NCBI GenBank assembly: GCA_028534125.1
Contig: CM052817.1
Location: forward strand, 70,124,001-70,188,000
From: Lama glama
Taxonomy: Eukaryota
DNA length: 64,000 nucleotides
Direction: 5' to 3'
The notes below the pieces were generated by a model that was not told the origin of the DNA, made no database searches, and saw only the letters and a list, made by a program, of their open reading frames with translations. Both the position numbers and the translations under genes were made by a program. Below are positions 12,351 through 26,374 of the stretch, piece after piece. Within the stretch, counting starts at the first letter, position 1. Each line of letters begins with the position of its first letter.

Positions 12351-13684
12351 AATGAGTTACCTGCTATTTTGTGGTCGTCTTGTCAAGGCATTTGGCTAAG
12401 ATGATTAAGCTATTTCCTAAAATCTCTTTTCTTTTTTTGAGATATCTTTGGATTTTATTTCATGTACCCCCACAAGTATTCTTTTAAAAATCCACAGCCT
12501 ATTGGTTATAGATGGTTTTGTAAATAGATAAAGTAGCTGAATTCCAAATAGTCCCAAGATGATGTTGGGGTTCCCCCCCACCTCCCAGAATTGTGATTCA
12601 TTTTCTGAAGAGGAGTATCTACATTTGTACATGCTGGTACATTATCACAGCCAGAAAAGGGCCACGTAAGGGAAGTCAGGAAAGGTGGGGGCAGCAAGAG
12701 TGTTTGTGTTTTTGGCCAGATCCCATTAGTGCTGATTCTGTCCCTGAATAGAAAGCATTCGATTGTTTTCTTGTTCGGGGAAGATTGCTAGCACATCAGC
12801 TGGACCTCTTCTGCACACAGCAAGTCAGCAGGAGGCCAAGGAATTTTTGTTCCTCAGTGTGTCTGGCCGCCACTAATCCCACGTCTAAGTGGGTAGTATT
12901 ATGTTTCTTCACTCTGTTGACTGGTGTACCCCGCAGTGAAATGACAGTGGCCAACACTCAGAAACACACTTTTGGAAAGGCAGTGTCTGAAGCACCTTCC
13001 TTAGGGTTGCTCAGGTGGGGATCTGTCCTGGGGTAGGTGGAGGGTACAGTAGGAGGGATGGAAGGAGTGCCGAGGTTGGAGGGGCAGAGAGGGAGGGGAG
13101 TCCACTGAGGTTAGTATCAGAAACCTCTTTTGCTGGCTTTTTGCATCTTTTTCAGGCACCTAAATCAGAGACCCTCTGATTCACATTTTGATTTCCACAT
13201 AACTAGAGAAGGGATGAACATCAACGTTTTGCCGAGGCGCCGGGTCGCTGGTCCATGTTTTCTCATGCGCTGTGCAGAGAGAAGACCCACTCCACCAGGG
13301 GACACCTCCCTCCCCTAGCGGTCCTCCCCAAGAGATTTCACTAAAGCAAGGAACTTAGAGTAAAGGGGTGAAGGTGAAGTTTCGGATCTTAACCCAGAAG
13401 GCTGGTTGAGGAAAATAGTGCCTAGACCCCAGCTGTGAGGAGGGAGAGCATGTGACTTACATCAGCAGGAGTGTGTGAAGATGCACCATCAGACCCACAA
13501 AACACTAGTTCTAGAATCAAACTCAGATTTCACACCGCTGCAGTTATTATTATGATGTTGTAATAATTTAGGTTAAAGGGACAAATAAGTATTTCACCTG
13601 AGTTGTGCTTGATTATTTTCCCTCATTTGGAAAAGATGGCTCAGGTGTGGCTGATTTGAGAGGCGCCTCAGGTAATAGGCTTCG

Positions 13685-13880
13685 GAATCAGTTCCTTACC
13701 TCAAAGGGTTCATTTCAGCCTTGGTCCTACTCACACTTACTATCTGTACGAACTTAGTCAAGTTCCTTGGTCTCTCTGAGCCTCAAGTTCCTCCCCTGGA
13801 ACCTGCACATAATAACATTAGCTATAGGGAATATCCGCTCTGAAGAGCCAATATGAGAATCTTTGTGAATGTACCTTATA
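13685..13880 (+). mobile_element. MIR fragment
   Basis: 'cacttactatctgtacgaacttagtcaagtt..tctctctgagcctcaagttcctc'. Confidence 0.6.
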
Positions 13881-14427
13881 AAGTCCTACATACATTTTTT
13901 TCCCCAGCCATAGCAAATATGCAACAATTCTTATTATACACATTTTTGGTATTACCCTTAAAGTTCTATTTATTGTCCTTGTTTTGTTTTCTTCTTTTCA
14001 TTTCCAGTTTATAAATTTGCTGAATATATAAACTATTCTGGGGCCAAGATAGGGTGTGTATAAATAAGTGAATACATTTAAGTTACAGTTTTACTAGTGG
14101 AGTGATAAAAGAATCAGAAAGATACACTAATGCCAGCCTTCCAGAATCAACCCTGCTAGTTTATACCAGCATCAGTCACTGACTTACAGTATGTCACATA
14201 CCATCTGTGGCCCCTTACTTGCTGTGACTTTCTAGGGGGAGGTGATACTTGGTCAGTGTTTACCTGATTGACTGAGTCAGTTATGTTATTCCCCTTACAC
14301 AGCCCAGGAACGGGCAGATCTGGGCCTCAGGCCATGTGCAGTCCAGGGCCGCTGGTTTGGTGAGCTCTTTTCCTGATGCCACCACAGGCATCTCCCAATT
14401 CGTATGCCTGGAAATGGTAGGAAAAAT

Positions 14428-14820
14428 CCATTCATTCATTTCATAAATAGTTAATGAGCCCCTCCCACTCACCAGGCACCATGGGAGGCACTCTGAGCGA
14501 TGTAGGAATGGTCAAGAGACGGTCCCTGCCCCATGAGGGCACATGGGTCAGCGGAGAAACAACTACACAGGTAACTCAGTTGCTCGATGGAATCGGGAGG
14601 TGTGGTAGGTGCTTGAGCGTGCAGTTCCTGGAGCTGGCCTGGCCGTCATCTACCAGCCTAGTGACCTCGGGCACCAACCTCTCAACCTCAGTACTGTTAT
14701 CTGTAAAGCAGGAATAATAATGGCACTTCCTGATAGATGAGGGTTGTGGTGAGGATTACTTAACACATGTGAAACACGTGGAGTAGTGCCTGGCACCGTG
14801 GAAAGCTCTCGACAGAGATG
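14428..14820. mobile_element. L2 3' end (minus, about 14428-14580) adjacent to MIR (plus, about 14600-14820)
   Basis: 'cattcattcatttcataaata..ccaggcacc', then 'ctcagtactgttatctgtaaagcaggaataataat..agtgcctggcac'. Confidence 0.65.
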
Positions 14821-16528
14821 ACGGTGGTGGTGCTGGTGGGGTTGGGGGTGCCAGTGCTCCAGTATGGAACCAGAGGAAAGATGTCAGTTTTGTCCGGGAG
14901 ACTGGGAGGGGCCCTGAGAACTGGTCTTTGTTAGCAGAGGAGAGGGAGCATCCTTCAGCGGGAGGGCTCAGCACTGTGGGCACAGTTAGGGTGGAGAGAA
15001 GGATGTTCGGGGAACTTCCTCGTCAGACAGGAACTGCCCTCAACTCCTGAATGTTGAGCTTAGTGCCAAAGTGGAAACAAACATGGCATGTTTCCATCTC
15101 AAGAACATTTTGTTAGTAACCATGAGAGAAAATTGACCAGGCTGGAAAAATATGATTTGTGAACAAATGCTTCTGTCAAATAGACATGACCAGTGCCTAC
15201 CGTGGCGGGGAGATTGATTACCAGAAGTGCTTACCTTGTTGATTCCAGGTGGGCAACAAGTTGGTAAGAAAATGAAGGGTGTAAATAAATCTGAATGAAT
15301 TACGCAATTTGATAGTGTGGTCTAAATTTGGCAAATTATTTTTTAGCCCTTCACTTTCCTTTAAAAAACAAATTGCAAGCTGGCTCACAAGTCACAATCA
15401 AGTGATATCAGTCTGGGCACAAACTGTGATAAAATCCCTGGCATTTTTCAATCCTTCTCCTTCCCAGAAAACTATTCTTTTCAAAAATGAGAGACAAGAA
15501 TTGCTGTGAGTCTCCAAAATGACAGAAATTACTAAAAATAAAACCAAGAACAGGTAGGGAGAAGAAGTCCCACTTAACTTTAGCTTGTACGTAAATAAGT
15601 TCATTTATTTATAATTCAGAGTATTCTGTTTGAAAACATTGAATTCCCGAACAGAATAATCTGTTTAAAATGAATGTGGTTTATTAACAATTAAAAGTGA
15701 TAACACAAGCTGAAGAAGATTGGAGGTGAAGTGTTGAGTTTCCTTTGATAGGTAGAGTAATTACAAAGTGTGCTTTTGAAGTTCAAGAAGACAGCCTTAG
15801 GACACAACATTTTTACAGTAAAAATTGGCTTGCACTCTGTTCAAGTGATTTATTTTGCACTAAGAAATGGGTGTGAGACATGATGTGATTTAAAATTTCA
15901 TCCCTTGATGGAACTGCTTGAGGGTGACATGATTTTTTTTTTCTTTTTTCTTTTCTCAGCCTGCTCAGCCTATGAAGTTACCCATCTAAAGGTTAATCTT
16001 CTGAAATTCCTTAGGAATTTAAGGAAACCTAATCTTTCGGTGTATAAACAAAAGGACTAAGAATATTGCTTTGCCCCTGACACTCGGGAGCCCAGGAGTG
16101 TCAAAGTAGCAGCTAGCAGGATCTAATGCTTACCATGGCAAAGCAAGTCCAGCCATTCTTGTTTTGTTGCCTCTTAAGTAATTACCTTAGGAAAACGTCA
16201 CTTTTACCATTAAAAATGCTTTTTCTCTCTTTAAAGCTTGAGAGGTGTGGGAATGAATAGAGGAGGGGAGGCAGAATTATACTTGCAGAGGGAGGTTAAA
16301 AGGAACTGGGATTTAGTTCAGATAGGCTAGAGCACCAAGGGAGGAGGTTACCGAGGCAGAGAAGGTGAATGATAGCTTAAAAAACAGGTTGATGGCAAAG
16401 GTATTTTACATGTTTCGGTGAGTGCTTCTGCTCTGTTTCCACCAGAGAAATACGTTTAACAGACTTCTAAAATTTTCCAATAGTCTATTCACATAAAAAG
16501 AAAAATTCTTGGAAAAAAATGTGTCTAT

Positions 16529-16971
16529 CATGATATGCTAGTAAATACTTAAAAACTGGCTGTTTGTGGGGGTAGGGGGCAGGCTCTGATTTGTAGTATT
16601 TGCCAGTTTCCTTGGTGTAAATACTCCCACTGTGGTGGATTCTGCAAAATGATGTCACTGAATGTGAAACTCGAAAGAGATGTGCAGTAACACACCATTA
16701 ATTTTTCCACCATACAGATGCAATGAACGTTAACGACCCTGAAAATGTAGGTGATAGTAAAATACAGTAAAAAAAGAAAGGGGGGGATGATGAGGATTTT
16801 TCTTTTGTGTTTTGAGTACTTCTTATCTCTTTAAAAATATAATTTAATTGAAAGTTTATATACATTAATTTTTTAATAACAACTATGTTTAATATCCAGC
16901 TGACCACTTTCCTAAGAATTTAAGTTGGCTCCCAAGAAGAACTGGTACAAGCTAGTTCCAGCACACCACTG
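16529..16971 (-). mobile_element. MER63 (hAT-Blackjack) DNA transposon
   Basis: Right TIR 'ccagcacaccactg' ending at 16971; internal 'gccagtttccttggtgtaaatactcccac' and 'gatgtcactgaatgtg'. Confidence 0.8.
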
Positions 16972-17239
16972 CTAAATACGAGTATGACATTTGTGGAAAG
17001 GGGTTTGGAACGGTGAAGCGTTGAGTCGCACCCCAGATTATTGACTGTGGTGATCACCCCTTGGCAGGAGGAAGTTGTGGTGTGTGGAGAGGCACTGTCA
17101 CGTTTTACTCTGTGTATTTCTCTTTGGTACATGCTGCTAGTGTAATAGGAGTAAATGCAAAACAGTTTTTATAAAATAAATCTATTGGTTTTGTACCAGT
17201 ACCTTTTCCCTACTTTTGGCTGAGCCCAGATCCCTGGGG

Positions 17240-17415
17240 TAGCATGGCTGAGTGGAGAGCGTATTGGACTAGGCACTAAAAACTTGGCTTTTAATTCTGG
17301 TTTAGCCTCTGGCAGTCTAGGTAACTAAGTACAAATGAGTTAACCTCTCTGAACCTTGGGATCTTTGTCAAATGAAGATATTTGGATTTTATCACTGAAT
17401 CTATACAGTTCTAAC
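17240..17415 (+). mobile_element. MIR fragment
   Basis: 'agtggagagcgtattggactagg..gagttaacctctctgaaccttgg'. Confidence 0.6.
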
Positions 17416-18094
17416 TTTTACATTTCTGATTATTTCTCATATCATTCAATATGTCCATTCTTTGCAGGGGATCCAGAGCACACCCACAGAGAGTTCTGTG
17501 AAATCCCAACTCATCATATTTATTACTTATTTTATTTCCTGATTTTTCAAAAAATTATGGATTTGAAACTCACTGTCACTGTTGGTGATCGCAAACTTTG
17601 GCTGGGTTGAGAAAACTGAGGTTTGTAAGTAGCTGAAGAAAGGTCCAGGAGATAGTATCTGGGTAGCACTCTGCCTAGCAGAGAGCTTGTTGGTTGACTG
17701 GATCATGGATGGTGTGCGCCACCAGAGGCCTGGGCCCTGTGCCCTGGGGGAGCCCTCCCCTTGCGGCCTGGTTCATGTTCTTCTGGACTGAATTGGCTTG
17801 AGTAGCTGCCCTGAACCTCATGTTACATTGAGCTGGCTCTAGTCTCTGACTCAGAATATTAGGAATTCGGTTCCCAATCAAAATAACAACATCAAGTTTT
17901 ATTGTTTTTACTTTTAAACTATACAAATCGGATACTTATTGTAGAAAATTTAGTAAATACAGATGAGCAATAAAGAAAAAAGAAGGATCACTGATTTTGA
18001 ACTATAGAGCTTTCCATTTTTGTTATTGCATTTTATTTATATGTCTATGAAATTATGGACGTTTGAAATAACATCATCCGTCTTGAAAATGAGG

Positions 18095-18335
18095 CCCAGC
18101 ATAGATGCAGAGTGTGGGCCCAGAAGCCAGGCTGCCCAGGCTGGAATCCTAGCTCCACCCACTAGCTGTGTGACCTCATGTGGTTTGCTCTTCCACTCTG
18201 TGCCTTAGTTTGCTCATCTGTGAAAAGAGGCATATAGAACCTGCCTTGTAGGTTTGTTGTGAGGAGTAAGTTAATACATAGGAACCTCTTATAGAACAGT
18301 GCTTGGCAGACCATTCAATGATTGGTAACTATTTT
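18095..18335 (+). mobile_element. MIR SINE
   Basis: 'gaatcctagctccacccactagctgtgtgacct..ctctgtgccttagtttgctcatctgtgaaa..agaacagtgcttggca'. Confidence 0.8.
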
Positions 18336-19109
18336 CATCTTATTCTGTTGTATATCAGTGTACCATAGCTTACTAACCTCATACTGTTGGACATTTAAAT
18401 GGCTTCTAATTTTTCACAATTGAGATGAAATCTCATAACTTCACACGTATTCTCAGGATAAATTCTTGGTCCTGGACTCACTGAGTATTCACATTTTCAG
18501 GTTTTGAATGTGTGTTATGAAAATTAAAATCGTCCTTACACTCAGCCAAAGAACATCGACATGAGTGCACGGACGTGTTCCATCCCCCTCAAACGCCAGT
18601 GCTGGTGAACGGCTGGGCTTTCACATTCCCTATTAGAATGAGAACTGCAGTCTATTTCCATAATATATACATATCTGTGATCTTCATCTTAAATGCAAAG
18701 TAGATGCCCTGAGATACTATTAAACTATGAAAATTTAATTAAATTGAAGGCAATCATTCTTTTCCAGAAATTAATTCACCTGGTTGTGCCTAGGCATGGA
18801 AATGTATCAGTGTTGAACAATTCACCTGCGGCCCGATTGCTGGGCAGCAGCCCTGGGAGAGACACAAACTGCCTTAGGGAGTATGTGCTCCCCAGGGCGG
18901 AGGGACAAGGGCCTCCTGCCTCTCCTTCCAGCCTTCTTGTCTGTGCCGATTCTGACACTTCCCCACAGCTTTGAGGCAGACCCTTTATACAGCCTGAGGG
19001 GAGGATGCAATGTCCATCTCTGCTGGTTCCCTACCTCTGCTTGAAAAGTGCTTCAGCAAAATCATGCCCAGCCTGACAGGGACACTGATGGGGGATGTTC
19101 ATCAAGCTG

Positions 19110-19420
19110 CGATGGACAGTGTATCAGTCAGCCTTCAGTCAGAGAACCAGAACCAGCAGGACACTGGAGACTCTCAGGCAGGAGCCCAGGCTGCTGGCCA
19201 CAGATGGGATTTCTTCTTCCTCAGGAAAAACTTCAATATTGCTTTTATTGTTTTTCAGTTTATTGGAAGAGGCCCACCCAGATAATTGAGGATCACCTCC
19301 TTTACTTAAAGTCAACTGATTGTAGATGTTAACCACACAAACAAAATACCTCCCAGCAACACCCAGACTAGTGTTTAGTAAATGGGAATATTAGCCTAGT
19401 TGACACATCCCAGGCAGTCA
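19110..19420 (-). mobile_element. MLT2 (ERVL) solo LTR, probably internally deleted
   Basis: 'tgtatcagtcagc..agagaaccagaacc' start; 'tacttaaagtcaactgattgtagatgttaaccac..tagcctagttgacaca' end. Confidence 0.7.
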
Positions 19421-19729
19421 CAGGAAGCCAGCGTCCATGGATGCAGTCCGACTCGTGTCCCACCGGGTAGCCGTCTCTGAGCTCCACACCAGGCAGTGCG
19501 CAAGGTGGCTGAGCTGATGTAGGGCTGGGCCAACTCCTGTCCTTCTGAGAGGGGAGAGGGCTGACCTCTCCTCGTGGAAGCCAGAAGGGACCTTGCTATC
19601 CCTATTTTCATGCAGGATGATTTGGAACTTTCAGTTCACCAAGCTCATGTAGTTAATGATTTCAGAGGAAAGTACAGTACCCACTCACAGGACTATTGGA
19701 AGCAGTAGAGGGTGAATCATGATAAAACT

Positions 19730-20030
19730 CAGTGTTTCCAAATGTGATTCCAGGATGAGTGCAGAGGAGTACTAGTTCTATGGGGTAGTAAGTAATAGGT
19801 ACAAGATGAAGATTCCGTAGTCAGAAAAAAGTTTAAGAAATTCTGGTTTAAAGTTAAATGTATTTCTTTATAGGAAAACTGAAAAGCCTCTTTAGTAGAT
19901 TAATTCGAATGGCAACTCTTGAAAGGGGCCCTACTGTGCAGTATTTAATCAAGCTAACCTGATCACAAAATCAGTTTTTTTGCTGAGCACCTTTTGAGTC
20001 TGGTGTCCCATGAAAAACTTTGGGAAAAGA
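19730..20030. mobile_element. hAT-Charlie-type MITE (subfamily uncertain)
   Basis: TIR-like 'cagtgtttccaaatgtg' and 'aactttgggaaa'. Confidence 0.45.
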
Positions 20031-21539
20031 TGTTATAATCTATAGTGTTACCCCTCAGAGTACCCATTATATACTAGGCATTGTGATCAGTGTGAGGGAT
20101 ACAGGGCTGTGTAAGACCCACACAGACCCTCATCTCATGGGGCTTATGTCTTTTTCTAGACATGTCCCGTGAGGAAGTGACCCCCTGATTCCTTAACTAT
20201 TCCAGGTGAAACCCCAACAGACCTGCCATCAACCCTAATACACAAGTCTCCTTGAGGTTAAAGGAGGACGGAAATGAGACCATGCGTCCAAACAGTTTGT
20301 GCCTTGGCCGGAGGAAGGGAAGTGCTAAGAAAAATTACACCCATCTTGCCAGATAACTGGATCAAAACAAGAAGAAAGAGAATCCTTTCATGTGGGGCAG
20401 GCAGTTTGGCAAAAGGCAATGCCTCTGAAGTTGATGGAAATAAAACGTGGCCATTATCCCCTTCCTGCTGCCAGTATTTTCCCCGACAGCCAGAGACATC
20501 CTTGATGGAAAAACTTGGATGTGGGAAGATGCAAATAGCTAAAAAAAAATCAGGTCTCTTGCTGCCATATAAAGTTAAAAAGCCATCTGGGAAAGTCCAT
20601 CCTGAGGTTCTTACCTCTAGGTTCCTGGTCAGTTCCACTTTGCTAAAGAGGAATTTTAGTCTTTTGTGGGTCTAAAAAAAGCCAGATTGGCTGTCTCATG
20701 CAGGACCGCTGATTCCTTGGTTTGCCACACCCTGTATCTCAGGGTCAAGCTCATCTGGCCAGCTGGAGCATATTTAGGCAGCTCCTAGTTGTGGTACAGC
20801 TGCAGGCTTCCCTCCTATGCCGGGGAGGTGCTTACGGGCAAAATGGAGGAAGCGATTCTCTGAAAGGATCACTGGGAGACAGGAAGAACATGAAGGACAA
20901 TCCTTCTGTCTTACACTTGTTGTCAATCAACAAACTTGAATTGAACATTTTTTTTTAATGCAGTGTGTAAAAGAAGGGGACACTAAGGTAGGTCAGGTAT
21001 CTTGACAGTAGAAATTTAATTCAAATTGTTAAATGATAGGTAGATGTTTTCCCAGGTTGCATTTGAGCATGGACCTGAAATTTGTTCCTTTTATGTTTAT
21101 TCTAGTTTCCAGTCTCAGCCTTCTCAGCCCCTTGCCCATAATGCCTTCCATTTGCAGCCTTACCAAACTCTTAAATCAGTTCTGATCAGAACAGTGAGCA
21201 GATTTCATACCTTTGGCTTACGAGGTAGTGGGGCATGGCTTAATCTTGTTGCTACAGACCCTTTTTGGAGTGAGTGCTTAGCTGCCCATTCAGTTGTAGC
21301 TTCCCCCTAATATTGTCCTCCCACTGATTTCCACTTCATCCCATCTTGATGCTTAAATTTCCTTGATTTCTTCTAGATCCCTTTGGAGTCTGCAAAAGAT
21401 ACTACTAAACTTTGTAGGAGTTAGTCCTAAAGCAAGTCAGTTTCCTCAACCAAACTCACACTAAGCTCAAGCAAGATTAATCCAAGTGAAAAAGAAAATT
21501 TTTGTTAAAAGTCACATGTGACCACGTGGAACCTTGTCA

Positions 21540-21780
21540 ATGGCAGTGGTCAATAATGCATACTCAGGGGGCAGTCTGTGTGGCTTCAGATCTTGGATCT
21601 CCACTTACTACCTATATAATCTTTGGCAAATCACTTAATCTCACTGGACCTTAGTTTTCTCATCTATACAATAGGTATACAAGCTCAAAGAATTGTTGTG
21701 ATGATTAAATGAATGACAAAACCCTTAGAAGAGTCAATTTCCATAGTAAATGATCAATTAAGGTAGCTATTGCTGTTACT
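21540..21780 (+). mobile_element. MIR SINE
   Basis: 'ccacttacta..tttggcaaatcacttaatctc..cttagttttctcatctatacaatagg..gttgtgatgattaaatga'. Confidence 0.8.
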
Positions 21781-22859
21781 TTTTTTTTCTGGTCAGTCTA
21801 AGGGGACTCTCAGTTGAATAGGAACAACTCATCAATTTGGGTTCTGCTCTGAGAGAGTGGTAGGGCTGTGGGAAGTCCTTATCCAGACTGCTAAACCTAC
21901 ACTGGTATTTCATACTTGCAAAGAGTTCAAATTTGACCCTGGGAATGTTCACCTCCCAAATCTGCTGTAATAACTTTGGAGTCAGAAGTTAAAATATGGT
22001 CTACTCTTATTTTGAGTGCAAAGTAAAGATTGTCACTACTGCACATCAGATCTACCCCTGATCCATTAAGCTGGGGCTTAGGGGTGGTGAAGCAGCCAAT
22101 CTCTCACCTCATTTCCCCACTGGAGCACTGCTGGGCTGGGTACCCCTCCCCACCTTTGAACACCAAGCTTTGAACTGTTGCCTAAGACTCTCACACCTTT
22201 TCCTTAAGAAGACTTCTTAATTTGACTATTCCCCTCAGGGAAATCTACTTGCCAAAAATTCCAACAGTAACTATGGGCTGCGATCCTAAGGGTAAATTAG
22301 TATTGCATTTCTGGGCAATTTGCCCTAAATGCTAATGTATAAAACTGCACCTGGATAAGGACATTTTTCTTCTGAATCACAGGTTCATGGTCTACTTTTT
22401 ACCCACAAGAAGAGAAAAGCTAGTTTTCTTTTCTTTTTTTCAAGCTAAGCACATTAAAAAGGGTCTCCCTCGCCAACAACCTGAAGTTAAGGGCGTTCAC
22501 CTTTGCCTCCTCACAGCTCCTGGCCTAGTGTCTTGAACACATAGACACTCCTGATAACACGGTGTCCTACAAAGGGGATGTGTGCCGGAGGCATAGAGTC
22601 GGGTTCAAATTCTAGTTCTACCACTTATTTACAGTATTGGGGTCTGAGAACCAGTCCGGAAGCAAATAGTGTAGGTAAAGTGCCTGAAACACATTCTTCC
22701 GTTGCTGTATGTTATGTGATTGAACTTGGAACTCCCTCCCAATTCCAGGGACCCTCCTGGACTCTTGAGAACTTACTTTACTGTACTTAATTTTATAAAC
22801 TTTCCCCCCAACCATTGCCGTTAGAAAATAACTCATTCTGCATAGCCTAATTTTTTTAA

Positions 22860-24800
22860 TTATAGAGATTAATCACATTTACTCTTTTCCTACTAAGTTA
22901 AAAAAACTAATTATTATGATTTTGGTAAAAATTAAACATTTTTCTAGTAGAATATAAATTATTCTTCAATCACTTTTATGACGTCATTAAATCATTGGAA
23001 CAGACATTAATGTTTTCTTTTTGAGTAACTTTTTACTTCATGTCCTTTGAAAATTTTCAATCCAAACTTCTAGGCAGAAAAAACAAATTACTTACCAAGA
23101 AAGATAATCAGATTGGAATCTGATTTTCATAAGCAAATACTATGTGCTAAGAAATGATGGGTTCTAAAGGAAAAAGGACCATGGCCCCAGAATTCCCCAC
23201 ACAGCCAAGATATCGTTCAATTGTGAAGATGTGAAAAGACAGAAAAAACGTGCTGCCTACATATCTTTCATTAAAAAGTTATTGAGGTAAATACTCCAGC
23301 CAAATGAATAATAAATCAGAATAAAGAGATCAATAAAGGATGCCAAGGTATACAAGATAGAGTAAGTATAAAATTTGTAACAACTAACCAATAATGTAGT
23401 TGTAAATTTTAATACATATTTTGAAGACTTTTATTCCAGAAGAGAAAAATGATAACAAAAACGTCATTCTGTAACTAAAATTTCAGTTTACTTCAATGAA
23501 GCCTAAATGTGAGGAGAGGAATTAAAATTTCGCAGAAGATCTGATTGTGATGCTTGAGAAGAGATAGGTTAAAGATTCTGAATATTTCTTAACTTTGATA
23601 GGGAAATATAAGTTCACTTACATTTGTTAGTGTGAAATAGGCAAAAGCTAATAAAGAAGAAATGAAGCAAAAGACAAGTATAATAAGCTGAAGTACAGAT
23701 TAAGATGGCAGGACTAAGACTAAATCAGTCATTAGTATATATCAGAGGTTAGAACAAATGTAAATGAGTTAATTCTTGTTCCTCATATCACTCAAGAACA
23801 CACACACTAACAAGCAAAGTCTTTCCAATTGAGTAAAAAGCCAAGACCATTATTTCCTATTTATAAGAGACATACTTAAAAGTAAATGACAAAGAATTAC
23901 TTTTAAAAAGAGATGTGAAAAGATATATCAAATAAATGCATGCAAAGGAAAATTAGGAATAGAGATATTTATAAGAGAAAAGAAGAATTTAAGACAAAAT
24001 ACACTGTGTATAGAGGCGATTGTTATAATATTAATAAAAGATAAAATTCACCAAGAACATATAACCTTTTGCATTGAAAAATGCTTCATTGAATTAAAAA
24101 CTATTTGCAACTAATATGGCAAAACAAATTTTACAAAAGTTCTTACAAGTTAATTAGAAAAATATCAACACTCCAAAAAAAGAACAAGCCAAGTTTACTA
24201 ATAAGTAGTTCCTAAAAGAATACATACAGATGTCCATTAAACATATTGAAAGGTCCTTGACCTCTTTATATTCAGTGAAATGCAGATTAAAGCCATAGTG
24301 ACATTGTTCACAAATCCAGTTGGCAAAGATTTTAAAGTTACAATATTTAGTGTTTGTAAGGGTAGGAGGAAATCAGTCCTCTTAAGCAACTCTTGGAGGA
24401 AATGTGGATTGATAAAATATTTATTTTTGGAGAACAATTTGTCAGTATTTATGAAAAATTTTAAATGGGGTAATTTGTAAGAATTTATCTTACAGAAATA
24501 TTCACATACATGCACAAAGATATATTTATAAAGATATTCAGTGTGGCATTATTTGTAGTAAAGAAAAATTAGAAATAACCTGTATGTTCATCAGCAGAAA
24601 TTAAATTTTAGCACTTCCATACAATGGAGTATTATGCAGCTGTTAAGAAGCATGCATTGATATGGAATAATTTCCATGACATATTAATGGAAAAAAAAAA
24701 CAAATTTTATACCAGTATATATAGTATGAACATTTTTTATTTGTACATTGTGAAAAGTATAGAAAATCCCCAGAAACTGGTAACAATACTTATCTCTGAA
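22860..24800 (+). mobile_element. Ancient L1M (L1ME-like) fragments including the 3' region
   Basis: A-rich decayed L1 sequence: 'aatgtaaatgagttaaatt', 'ttataagagacatacttaaa', 'aaatgcagattaaagcc', 'catacaatggagtattatgcagctgttaag'. Confidence 0.65.
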
Positions 24801-25179
24801 GTTGGATTCAAACCATGGAATTGAATGAGATTACTCAAGGCAAGCTAGAATAAAGAGAGAAAAATTCAAGAATGGAAAATGTGAGTCATGAACATTTAAG
24901 GGTAGGAAGCCAGACCCAAACCTACATTGCAACCATTTCTCTACCCATCCACCCATAAACCATCACTAGGGGCCTACTATGCACTTAGTGCTGGGGACAT
25001 TAAGATAAATATCAGGTACAATTTCTTTCTTGAGAGGCCCTCAGCACAGAAAAGATCAGTATACCCCCTTTAGGTAATTCAAAGTAACAATAATGCTAAA
25101 CCCTGAAGAAGTATGGAAGTTAAACAAAGGAGGTTGTCAACAGCACAAAGTGCACAAATCCAAGTGATTGAAGACTGAA

Positions 25180-25935
25180 GAATACACATCCAAGCAATTC
25201 TTAGATACTGACGGAGTGTCCTACAGTTCGGCTCCATTCTGACACTATCTGCCTGGAGATAGCATCCGATTCCACAGGTTAAGGGCTCAGTTCCAAAAGA
25301 CTGCCCTGAACTTCAGGTGCCAGTGACAAGTCCAGGCTGCTACCTATGCTTCTGACCGACTGGCTACAAGTCAGAGGTTCCCACCATCCCCTCCTTGGGT
25401 TTGATTAATTTGCTAGAGTGGCTCACAGAACTCAGATAAACATTTTACTTACTAGATTACTGGTTTATTAAACAGGATATATGTAACTCAGGAACAGTCA
25501 GACAGAAGAGACAAACGGCATGTTATGGGGAAGGGGTGTGGAGCTTGGCACTCTCTCTGAGCATGTCACTCGTCCTGAATCTCCACCTGTTCAACAACTC
25601 AAAAGCTCTTGTCCTTTGGGTTTTTATGGAGGCTTCATTACATAGTCATGATTGAGTAAATCAATGGCCTTGGGTGACTGATCCAACCTCTAGCCCCTTT
25701 CACCTCCCCAGAGGTCGGTAGGTAGGACTGAAAGTTCCAACCTTCTAATTACTTGGTTGGTTCTCTTGGCAATCAGCACCCATCCTTAGGTGCAGTCCAA
25801 AAGTCACCTCATTAACATAGCCAAAGACACTTTTCTTGCCCTGTCACTTAGGAAATTCCAAGGTTTTAGGAGCTCTGTGCCAGAAATGGAGATGAAGCCC
25901 TTATATATATTTCTTATTATATATCACAATATCAC
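25180..25935 (-). mobile_element. MER21-family LTR
   Basis: 'cattctgacactatctgcctggagatagcatccgattccacaggttaagggctcagt' through 'acttaggaaattccaaggttttaggagctctgtgccag..tatatttcttattat'. Confidence 0.8.
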
Positions 25936-26374
25936 TATTGATGCTAAATTCATCATTAGCCTGATCTATGACATGTGGTATTCTGCTTAAAATAAACTTG
26001 TTTTCATCTCAAAAAAATAGTGTCTATATTGGAATATAGATTCTATTAAAGCCATAAATGAATGACCTCGGTTCTTTTAAGTGCAATGAAACAGAATTCC
26101 ATGCATTAAGGGAAGAAACCAGCCCAATGATTTTATATCCTCCGTTCTTTTCAAAAGTAATATCCAAACAACATTCAGACACAACCCATGCTATATGGAC
26201 CCCTGTGCCTGAAGATAAGAATCTGCAGCTATCTGGGGAAAATCCCAGATCTCAGAGTGGGCACTGGTCTCTCAGCATTGTGGATGGATGGCCGAGGGTT
26301 GACATGGCCCATAGCAGGGTCACTGAAGCTTGTCCAGAATGTCTTTCTTATAAATAGTAAAAGGTCTCTATTTT

